Assembly: GCA_000165425.1 (NCBI GenBank)
Contig: CT868672.1
Coordinates: 1-64,000 of the forward strand
Length of the DNA: 64,000 bases
Direction of reading: 5' to 3'
From: Paramecium tetraurelia
Taxonomy: Eukaryota
Position numbers and translations under genes: made by a program. Positions 52,682-64,000 of the stretch are shown in pieces (the first letter of the stretch is position 1; the number at the start of each line of letters is the position of its first letter). The notes under the pieces are model-generated. The model was not told the DNA's origin. It saw only the letters and a program-made list of their open reading frames with translations, and made no database searches.

Positions 52682-55626
52682 ATGAAAACTTACGAATTTG
52701 AGTTGAATAATAAGAGGAATGTTTAAAGAGAAGAACTCTTCATTTTGACAATAGTTGAGAGGGTCTTGGCTGGTTTCTTATCGTCAATATCTTTTGTTGA
52801 TCAAGCCTAATTTTGTGAATTGTTATCGAGGAAGCAAAAGGAAAAAAAGTCAATTCAAGCATTACATCTGTAGATCTTGGGAACAATCAAGCGAAATCTG
52901 TTGAAGAACTAATCACCAATCAAAGATCATAAAACAAATTACGAAATCAGAACTGTTGTGTCTTAATCAATCGATTCAAGAAAAAACTATATTTGTTTAT
53001 CTAGTAAGAAGAAGCAAGACAATAAAGAACAGCAAACTACTGAAATAGAGACTCAGTTCTATGCACAACCCCAATCAGTTAAAAGTAGAAGATTTAGATT
53101 AGACAAAGCGAGTAATCAAGATGGTAGGTTGCTAACCAATGGAAGTTATCAATAAAATGACTCAACAACAACAAGAGCTATCAACCCATTTTAACTGAAT
53201 AGTCCCAATAGTACTCAAGCTGATAACCAACTAAAAGATTTGTCGATTTAAAAATAGTTCACATCTATCGACAGTAATTTTAAGATTAGAAATCTGAAGC
53301 CCACTATCAACATAGTAAGTTAAGATGGAGAAATAGAAAAATAAGTGAATTACAAAAGCAATTTCAATTAATAATAATAAATAAAAGGAATTACAAGTAA
53401 TCAAAATATTGCATAAAAACAGAATCAACCTTATTTAGAACCTTAACTGAATTAATAATCTACAAATGGATAATCAAAGGCAGAAATTTTAGAAACTAAT
53501 TTAATAAATGAATCAATTAATCCATAGGCTTAGAGTTATTCGAGAAAATAATCTTAAAATCTTCCTATGGGAAGTGATTCGAGTAAAATGGATTTAAAAG
53601 AGAAATTGTAAAAATATTATAGTAACGATGATGATTTCAGTTCATCAAGAAGACCTATGACTCAGAGTGATAGATTAAAGCAGATAACATATGGCACTCA
53701 CACAGAGTTACCATATTTGGGTAAGGATGGTAAATAGAAGCAATAGACTATTCAGAGTGCAAAATGTTTAGATAAAAATTAAGAGCAAGTGTATTTAAAG
53801 CAGAGCAAATAAGATAAAATTAAACAATAATAGAAATCTGAAAAGTAGGATGAATAGAGCAACCCTTTGATGAGTTTGAAGGCTGATGAAATTGAAAAGA
53901 AAACTGCATTTCTATCCCCTCCTTAATCTTCTCGAACATTACAATCAGGAAAATCAACGAAAACAAAATTAAAAACAGTATAATCAAATGAACAAAAAAT
54001 AGCAGAGATCCAATAATATCATTAATAAAATTCTACATCTAAGGAGGAATCTCAAATATCATTATTAGATTAATCCTTGCACAAATAAGAGAATGTGCAC
54101 TCTCATTTTACTCCTATCAGACCTGCTACTACTCATATTGAGGCCAATACACAATAATAAGATTACCCATAATTTTAGACCCATGATAACATAGATTAAT
54201 AATCATAAAAGTATCAATAAACATAATTGATGCAATAAATAAGTATGACATCAATTATGCATGATGATGAACATAACTCAAATATGAGTCAATAAATTAA
54301 TATATAAGTAAATTAATGCGAACCTACATAAAACACAAACAATGTCATTGTTGAAGAATCAATAGAATGCTCTCCTATGTAGAGAATGCCTAATCAATAA
54401 CATGCGATACCATCTTTCAATCATCTAAAATTGGAAGACCAAAAACAACCAAGTGCATCTTAAATTCACTCTTAGCAAAGACAACAAATTTCTCCATCAG
54501 ATAGAAATTAACCATCACATTCGTAAATACCGTTACAATAAAATCAATATTCAATCAATTCAACTTAATCGAGGATGTTGATTCCAATTAATAATACTTA
54601 AAATAGTGCTAAAAACACTAGATCAACAACTAAATAAAAGTCTCAATTGAGAGAGCAACAATAATAGCAATAATAAAGATCAGATGAGAGTTAGCCTGAA
54701 AGCAAATTAACAATAGAATCGTCTTAAGGGGAAAAGTCAAATAGATCTAAGGCAGTCAAAAATGCAAAGCAACTCAAGTTACCTGTTGCAGCAGCTGCGT
54801 TGAATTTTGCAAGGAGGAAATCCTCCAATTAGAACTCTCCTCATGATGTATGATTTAGTTTAATTTAAATTAGCCAAAAAAGATGGAATAACTAGACAAG
54901 GAGAGGCAAAGATAAATGGAATATTAGAAGTAACTTGAAAAGATGAAATATGAAAGGGAATTAATGGAGCAATATAAGATTCCTGATAACATGCCGTTAT
55001 CGTAAAAGAGGGCTATTATTGAATAGTTGATTAACCAATTAGAATCAATTGCAGATCAAGATGTGAAATATTAGATTATGCTATGTATCACATATTATGT
55101 TATTTGTTTAGACAAGCAACGATAAGAATAGATTTAAAATGCTGCCAAACAAGAATTAGTATTTAGTCGTAGTTTGGATAATTGTTATGAAGAATTGGGT
55201 CATCTTTCAGAATAAAAGCTGAAAATATTGGGAAAGGACGATTTAAATAAGATTTAGTTTTTAAAATTCGAAGATTAAGTGTAAACATCTTTTCCAGGTT
55301 AGCAAAAGGCCTTTTCATAAGATATCAATTCTCCTATAAAAAAGAATTTGAAATTTCTTAGTAAATTGGACCCTGTGGAAATAGAAAAGTAAATGAATAG
55401 AATCAAAGAATTCAAGTAGGAAACAGAAATGTTGAGATTTTTCTAATCCTTCAATTCTTAATATGACAAAGAAGTAATATAAAAAGTTATTTAAAGGTTA
55501 ATCAATGCGATCTTGACTTCCCAACTGAAAAAGATAGATAATACTCAGTGGATCATTAAAGAGGAATATTACCCAAGACTACTTATAAGAGGAAAAAAAC
55601 TAAGAAATAAAGCACAAAATTAATGA
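52682..55626 (+). CDS. large Gln/Ser-rich low-complexity hypothetical protein
   Basis: MKTYEFELNNKRNVQREELFILTIVERVLAG.. long TGA-free frame with two introns near 54847 and 55083. Confidence 0.75.
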
Positions 55627-55902
55627 TAAGTACTTACAGATTAGATCCTAAGAAATTAGACACATTATTGCAAGCAACTGACAAAATAAAGTCAGTTGGC
55701 TAATTTTTATTATGATTATAGATTATTCTCAGTATACAATATAATGTTATAAAACACAATATAATTTTTGATTTCATTAACTAATGATTATTCTCAGAAT
55801 TTTCGATCTATTAAAAGTTCAACATAAACTTGATTAACAATTCATAGATTATCCTTATAAATTTACAACTAAATATTAGCAATATCTTATTGAATAATAA
55901 AA

Positions 55903-57098
55903 ATGAGAAATTTAAAATATCTTATTTTTCCATTCCTTTATAAATCTTCATTGCTTAAATTATCTACTCAGAGTCGATAAGATTCTTATTCAAAAGTCTA
56001 TAACAATTAGAAATAATATAAGGTTGAGTAAGAATTTGCACAATATTCATAAGACCAGAAACAATAGTCTTTAGTGGTAATTCTAATACTATGTTGGCTA
56101 AGGAAGTGGCATAATGTTTGGGAATACAACTTGGGAAAGCAATGATGTAGAGATTTTCTGATGGAGAATGCAACATTTAGGTTAAATTATTTAAGATGGT
56201 TAGGTTTTAGATAACGTAAGAGGAAGAAATGTATTTATCATTTAATCGACATGTCCTCCCGTAAATGAGAATCTAGTTGAATTATTTTTATTTATAAGTG
56301 CATTAAGAAGAGCATCTGTGAAGAAAATTACAGTCATCCTTCCTTATTACGGATATTCAAGATAGGACCACAAATTAGAGAAAACTTAATCTATAGCAGC
56401 TGCAGATATTGCTAGGATGTTAGAATAGACTGGAATAGATCATCTTGTTTCAATTGATTTACATCGAGGACAAATTTAAGGTGCGTTTTCCACTAATGTA
56501 CCTGTAGACAATATTAGCCCATACATCACGCTCATTCATGAATTAAACAATAATCCTTTATAATTAAGTCCCCCAAACTAACTGACTTTAGTTTCTCCTG
56601 ATTTTAATGGGGTCTCAAGAGCAAAGAAAGTTCAGGATTAATTATCAATAGCCTTCCCTAATCTCAAGACAAGTAAGAATCAATTAGTATCACTTAAAAG
56701 AACTGGCCATGATCTATAAATCTAAGCATCCAGTTGCTGAAGCAGAAATTAGTCTAGTCGGAGAAGTTAATGGCAGAAATTGCTTAATAATCGATGACAT
56801 AGTAGATTCAGGAAGTACCCTAAGTAGAGCGGCTGATATCCTAAAAAGGGAAGGAGCTAAATCGGTTATGGCATATGCTACTCATCCAGTTTTTTCAGGA
56901 AGAGCTGCATTGAATTTAGGAATTTCAAATTTATCAAAGATTTACATAACTGACACGATACAAGTCAAAGAATTGGATAAATAAATTTTACAAGACAAAT
57001 TGAGTGTTTTGAGTGTGGCACCTCTTTTAGCTGAAACAATATACAGACTTTAAAAAAGAGAGAGTTTGCATGAGCTGTTGGGTGCACATAATATTTGA
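55903..57098 (+). CDS. PRS: ribose-phosphate pyrophosphokinase (PRPP synthetase) with N-terminal extension
   Basis: [69 protein letters not shown]. Confidence 0.95.
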
Positions 57099-57170
57099 GT
57101 TTAAAAATTCAATTTTATTGTTGATCTAAGCATTTTAATAATTCTGATTTTGCATTTTCTAGTAATTATT

Positions 57171-58761
57171 TCACTTCATTAACAGACTTATCTGTGTTGA
57201 ATCTCTGAATACACACGATCCCTTGATTTAATGCTTTCAGTATAAGTTATGCTTAATTTATCTAAACTTCAATGGTTTCTTATTACTTCAAATTATTGGC
57301 TTCTATTAATCTAAATTATAATATAATTTACTTATTGTTCTCATCAGGAATTTCAGGATTCTTGACATTTTAAAATATTTTGGGAGACTGGCTGACGTCT
57401 CTACTTCCTAGAAATGTAATCAGAAATTAATCCTAAAGCAGGGTTTGCTCAGGATTTGCAGATTACAACACATTTTTGATACTGAAAGCTGCTTGAATCA
57501 ATTAAGCTAAATTTTCTACAGGTGGGTATTTCAGAAACCTTTTCAAACATGCATTTGGATCGTCCTTCTCGAGAACTAATAATAATGTGTAACCAAGTAC
57601 TTTAATCTCGAACATAAACAAACATGGCTATGACAATACAATCAACTAATATAAGCCATTGCTTATCCTCAGTAAGGTAATAATCATAAAATATGGCATC
57701 CCAAACTTTCAAAGAGTCTTCAACATGAAATTCTCTTGTAAACATGCATCTAAATTAATATATTAATTAATAAATACCTAATCCATCTAACTAAGAATAC
57801 TGACAATTCAACATCCTAGACTTTTAAATGCTTGAATAATGTGATATCAATTATTTTCAACTATTGATCATAGATTTTCTAGATCCTATTCTATATTATA
57901 AGTTATTATTTCTTCTGACTTTCAGGAGTATGTTTAAACATATCCACATGAGCTACCATAATTTATTCAAATAATTAAAAGATGTCTTCTTCAGCATATT
58001 TGGTATCAAAGAATATGGCAATTTCCTTCTTATCATCACTATCCTCTAAGTTATTGAATCCTTAAGTCTCTGTAAAGTAGACCTCTATAACATTGGCTGC
58101 TAATTCATTCATCCCCTATCTATATGAGATCGTAGGGTTCTTAACACTCCATATAAACAAAATGTTCGACAATAAATTCTTGATCTTTAAGCTCTAAAAT
58201 AACTATTTATCTTAATGAGTTCTATCCACGTCCTTCTTTATTTCACTTTTTAAATGATTGATCTCGAAAAAGTTATTCCAAACCTTATTTAAGATTATAT
58301 CTATATTTACATTTTGTTTTTGCTATTCTTATTAATTTTATAATAAAGGGTTTCTTACACTTCTTTTAGATTCTTTCTTTGTTTCTACTTATAAATATTG
58401 TTTGCTCAAATTCTAATAATCTGATCTATTCTGATTGAGCTTGTTGATTTTCTCTTCCAAAGAGTCACTAATTTTGAAAATCCCTAAAAATAATCTCCAT
58501 ATGCTAAATCTTAATTTCATTGAACTTAAATGGCAATTTAATATCAATTCCTAAATCTCATTAAGATTCAGATTTTCATTCAGGATGTACTTTTTAAAAT
58601 TATTCAAATCAAATGCAGGTATAATGTCAGGTCTTATTAAATTATAACACTTACATGTTACTTGAATAATTAGATAAATCTAAATTAATTTAACCTTTCT
58701 TATTGTTCCTAGCTCCACTTATGAGTAAATCATCATCCTCTTCTCCAACATTATTGTTCAT
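57171..58761 (-). CDS. TBC-domain Rab GTPase-activating protein (TBC1D5-like)
   Basis: LRFSIWRLFLG, EIKKDVDRT (Arg finger), YRQGMNEL (Gln finger), FLVRWI..MFTREF..VWDAIF. Confidence 0.92.
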
Positions 58762-59429
58762 TATTAAAAATTAATAATAGCTTGAAATGTGTTAAAATAT
58801 TAAATATTAAGAAATTTATACTACTAAAATAATAAAGTAAGTAACAATAATCTAATAATGGGATAAGCTGTTCAGTAATTTGAGAAAGAACCCCTCTTAA
58901 AATAATATATCACTTAAAGGAATTAGAATTGCAACACTGTTCTAATAACATGAAAATGTAAAAACAATACGAGATTAATTAATATATGGAAATTCTAAAA
59001 GAATAGTAATAACAATTAAGAAAATTAATAAGAATGTTTTAATTAATAATAACAGAATTTTAAGGTGGAAGTACTTTATGTGATAATATACAACAATCTT
59101 GAAGTAATCATTCATAATTCTGAAAGTATTATTATGCTGACATAATTTCGATTATCAGGAGAATTTGTAATAATATAGAAAACATCTAAGGAGTTTCAAA
59201 TTATAATACTACTTTAATCAGACACTTTGATAAAAGATCTCAATTATTAGTTATTGTTATATTTGATTATATTAATTTAATTTATAAAACTGATTTTATA
59301 TAATCTTTTTAAATTTTACAATTAAATAATCAAAAGAGATAATAATTAAGAAATAGAAACATTTTATGCATTAATCAAGATATTTAAGTATTTGATTGAT
59401 ATCTGAAATTTAATAATATTTGATTTAAA

Positions 59430-60701
59430 ATGAGTGCTCAATAAAAAAAGCTTTTAGAACTAAAATAAAAGCAAGGTTTATCTACTTTTCATCGAAGTTC
59501 TCACTAATTGCTTCCATTAAATTCTTTGAAAACCCAAAAGACAATTCACGAAGTGGAAGTAGTGAGAGGATCTTTTAAAACTCTCCCAGATGTTAAATCA
59601 AGTCCTTAAATTGAAACACAATCCAAGTGGGCAAAACTGTAACAAATATCATAAACATACCGATCTCCAAATAGGAATATCGTAATCACTAATAAACGTA
59701 CCTCCATATAGAGGTTGTCCATAGCATCACAATTAAAAAACCTTGTGAAATTCACAAGCTCAATGTATGAATTTAAATAGATTAAAAAGATAACTCGATG
59801 GACTTGATGCTGCCAAGAATATGGTAAAGAATAACGACACAGTAGTGGTAAATATGCAAAGGAGCCAGAATATAGACTATCTTGTTCTTGGATTGGGAGA
59901 TAGCCATGGTAATTTGGGTACGCATTTTTCGAAATTAATCACTCATCGCGCATTGGACTAAATCGTACAAGTGATCAATAACACACCTATAATCGGATTG
60001 AGTTTGTCAATTCATTATAGTTTCTAGAATGTTTACTAACAAGTGGAACAAAATCTGGTATTTATAGAAATTAAGACTTTTAGATAGAGTAAACGGATTT
60101 TGATGTAAAGAACAATGGGTGTTCATTATTATCAATGATAATAGTCAACAATTCCATCTATTGTGCTAATTTGGGGGATTCTAAGGCTGCCTATTTTTAT
60201 AAGAAAGATTCTGATCCACTCGATGCTAAAGAAGTTAGAAAATTTGCATAGAAAAATATCAATTTTGTTCATGACACAAATAATAGTAAGGAGGTTCAGA
60301 GAATACTCAAAAAAGGTGGTAAAATAGATTAGGCAGTCTACAAAGGAAGAAAGAGTGGAAATTTGAAGGTGTGGGCTCCCAAATAGAATTTACCTGGTGT
60401 TAAATTGACGAGGTGTTTTGGTAATATGATTGGGAAGACAGTGGGAATTAGTGCTGATCCAGAGGTCACAGAGTTTAAAGTTCCAAAATCAGGATATTTG
60501 TTGATTGGATCCACTGGATTATGGGAAATCATGGATATTTTAGTCATCGATTAGATTTTAGATGCTCATTTTCCTCCAACTTGCTAGGAGGACATTGATT
60601 TAGCAATAAAGGAGATTGGTGACCAAACAAAAAAGTATTGGGATTAAGACGGAGAAGGTTTAATTGATATCTCTTTAATTTTGATTTATATATAATTATG
60701 A
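59430..60701 (+). CDS. PP2C-fold protein with degenerate catalytic motifs
   Basis: GLGDSHG, CANLGDSKA, HDTNNSKEVQRI, GVKLTRCFGN, SADPEV, IGSTGLWE. Confidence 0.85.
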
Positions 60702-60729
60702 TTGACAAATGATTCATGCAATTTCTATT

Positions 60730-62246
60730 TCAACGAAATCTTTCTTCTTGGTAAGCCTCCTAATAAGGTATGTAATCAAACTTTTGATTTTCAAAATATT
60801 TGTCAACAGTTTCCTTATCTAATCCTTTCGTTTCAATCACTTTATATTGGATAATCAAGTAACTAGTATGCGAATTAAACTGTAACAATACGCTAAAAAA
60901 TTAAACATGGAAAACAAGGCAAAGCAATACGAGATGTCATATGAGGCAATAATTGGGAACATCTAGGCTACCAATCCCCCAGACATCCAATTCATCAAAC
61001 CACTGGCACTCACTCCTAAGTCTGGTAATATTTCAGTTAAATAAATAAACAGCAAAGGGCCCAAGGAGAATCCAAAGCCGAATAGGTAGGAGAATATACA
61101 AATCACAATTGAATACTATCCAAATGGTGTATTCCCTACACTATTCGACATGACAAATGTTAACATCAATAAACTTATAAAACACAATAGGGCTCCATAC
61201 TTTAAAATGGGCTTTCTGATTTTTAATATCTTGTTAATCATACCTGCCAAATTACTCGATTATTACAGTAGCTAATAAGGCTGTAAATACTCCAATAAAG
61301 CCAACGATTAAATTCAAATAAAACACCTTTTGAGATGCTTGGCCAGTCACCTAATTTGACACACATATTCTATACTTAATCAAATATTGAAGAAGAATAG
61401 AACATAATACCATTTATACCTCCCAACTGTTGTAAGGAGGCAAGAGAAATTCCAATGAACAAACGAAATCTATACTTGGATGAAAACAATTGATTGAAAG
61501 TGATTCTCCTCTCAGTCGATTTTTATTATGATTAAAATTAATCGTACATTTTCTCTCCCTTTTCATTGTATATCATTTCCAACACTCTATGTAATTACTG
61601 GCTTTGTTTTAAATCAATGGATACTTCAAATGGTGTTTGACACAGTATACAGGTGTTTCATACTTAAACACAGTCGACAAGGCACTTGCTCTTACTATGC
61701 AAGGGATAATAGGCAGATAGAGCATCAACTTGTAAAAAGGGATTGGTAATGAAATGTCTTAGAAGTAGGACATCAAAAATGTAAACAATATTCCTAAAGT
61801 AATAAACAATTGATTCATTGTCCCCAAAAACCCTGCCTTCTCTTTTGGCGCCATCTCGTTTATATATACAGGTACTAGAACTCCATTAAGTCCTAATACA
61901 ACACCCACAAAGAAACGAGAAGCCAGAAGAGCATATTTGCTTTAATCAATGAATGCCATCATTATGGCCATAATCCCAAAGAGATCAGTTATCTACAGAC
62001 TCCTTCTTCTGGAAAACAAGCCCATCAATATTGATGCTGATATGGAACCTACCCCTCCTCCTATGGTTAATAAGGCTGAATGAAAACGGATATAATTTTA
62101 CATTGCATCAGACCTTTGGTAAAAGTATCATCGATTTTATACACATTATATACATCTGTGCTAATCACATTCATCTGCCCCAAACAGAACCCCATAAATA
62201 AACTACCCAAACAGCAATTTAGAATTATGAGCAATAATTTATTCAT
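60730..62246 (-). CDS. MFS sugar porter (hexose transporter-like)
   Basis: NCCLGSLFMGFCLGQMN, VPVYINEMAP, QQLGGING, GFGFSLGPL, IETKGL. Confidence 0.92.
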
Positions 62247-62253
62247 TAAAATA

Positions 62254-63158
62254 ATGTATACTAACTAAAGTGTGTATATTCCAAAGGCAATCGGTGTTAA
62301 AGAATATGCTTATGATGAGGAGATTAATATACCATACAGATAATAGATGGAAGATTGTATGGACTGAATTTCATTTAGTTTATTTTATCAAGGACAACAT
62401 CTTAGAAGATGGGAGTCAATCTATTTTATTCGGAATCATGGATGGTCATGGAGGATAAACTGTTGCTAAGTTTGTATCCACTAACTTCCCCAAAGTTTAA
62501 CATTAATTTACTATACCAAGGTTTTTCTTCAGTTACATAAGCAAAAGTAAAGACCAATCGATAAATTGCTTTAGGATACATTCGAAAAAGTATCAATCAA
62601 TTGAATTTAAGGTCAATGAAATGGTTAAATAAGAATGCAATTCAAATGAAGTTGGGTCAACGGCAAGTATAGGATTTATGAGACTCGAAGGAGCCAAAAG
62701 AATGCTGTACTTTGCAAATGTGGGAGATTCTAGAGCTTTCCTATTTGGCGATTAAGTTGTGCCTCTAACTACCGACCATAAGCCTAATAAATAGGGAGAG
62801 AAGGCTCGCATTCAATAGCATTAGGGAACTGTGTTAATGGATCGCTTAAATGGAATTTTAGCAATTTCAAGAGCCTTTGGAGATCACAGCTTTACTTAAT
62901 ATGGATTAACTTGCACTCCTGATTAAGTGAAAGTAGAGTTGAGACTTTCACATAAATGGGTGGTTGTGGCATCAGATGGTTTGTGGGATGTTGTCAATGA
63001 ATAGGTATCATTTGGGTATGATATCTAAATAGGAATTGTTGTAGTTCATAAGATACAAAGAGTCAGCTGATGAAGTCACTAAGTTCTTGTAGAAATTAGC
63101 ACAAAAAAGGTAATCAAAAGACAATGTCTCAATCTTATGCTTAAAAATTCAAATTTGA
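62254..63158 (+). CDS. protein phosphatase 2C
   Basis: YRQQMED, GIMDGHGG, GSTA, ANVGDSRA, DHKP, LAISRAFGD, ASDGLWD, KDNVS; all metal ligands intact. Confidence 0.95.
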
Positions 63159-64000
63159 TTTATCTAATATATAATTAGTAAAAATTAAACATTTCAAAAA
63201 AATATTTAAAAAACACTACTTTTTATATTATTACTAAGGATATTTGAATATACTTATGCACAATATAGTTCATTAGAAGTAGCTCCTTATTTAAATTATT
63301 TAATAATTTTGGAAAGATTTATTTCTTAAGCAAATTGTTAGAGAATTTTGAATTCTCCATAAGATTCATTTTAAATTTCTATTTATTCATTTAGGATTAT
63401 CAAGATCCTTAATTAAACGACTTGACATCCAAAAATTTAATATATAGAAATTATTATAAAAACTTAAATATTTGTTAATTGTTTAAATTCTCATTGTGCA
63501 ATTTTATTCTGTATGTAATCTCTAAAAAACATAAACATTATATAAATATATGATAAATTTAATATGTCAGTATATTTATACTAATATTGATTTTACTACA
63601 AATTAAAGGCTATATATATATTTATGTTTTTAGTATTACAATGCTGTTGTGATAGTACTTAGATGAGTTCATTTTTTTTCAGACCATGATAATGTTTCAG
63701 AATTTTTCCAAGTATTTAAATATATACACATCCAAGCAATATATTTAAAGTGCATTAGCATTAGTAAGAGTATGAAAACTGTTATCACAAGTAACTTGGT
63801 GAAGAATCAATCTTCTACATTCAAGTTATTATTTTTTTCAAAATATTTTATATTCCATATTCCAAATATGAATATGATAATGTTAGCAACAAATATGCTT
63901 AAATTATATAGATTCCATTGAAAATATAGATTGTAAATAATATGGAATTTATAATAATATATAAGGGTATTTGTGTTTCCACATTAAATTATTAGACTCA

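Overview
AT-rich, gene-dense eukaryotic DNA from a ciliate macronuclear genome, almost certainly Paramecium (aurelia-like). Genes read through TAA/TAG as Gln, stop only at TGA, and carry ~22-30 nt GT..AG introns, so the supplied standard-code ORF track is fragmentary and partly antisense noise. I re-translated by hand with the ciliate code and found about 33 protein genes and two identical tRNA(CCA) genes. The left end looks subtelomeric, with a GC-rich hairpin, a (TAGG)n tract and a frameshifted 126-bp-period WD40 gene. Main oddities: (1) a ~320-bp inverted duplication carrying an atypical tRNA-Trp(CCA) (U37, C73, G1:U72) that brackets a 9.4-kb gene block; (2) an eIF2-alpha whose Ser51 loop is rewritten (NETTRALRGG); (3) a bacterial-type DUF1648 gene with two stop-less 24-nt introns; (4) a tandem pair of MGxC microproteins sharing YKNPILNRRLK; (5) a small secreted double CxxxC-hairpin peptide; (6) divergent genes whose ATGs are 7 bp apart; (7) non-canonical aquaporin, channel and PP2C motifs. 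Coordinates are manual, exon boundaries are only partly traced, and no searches were run.
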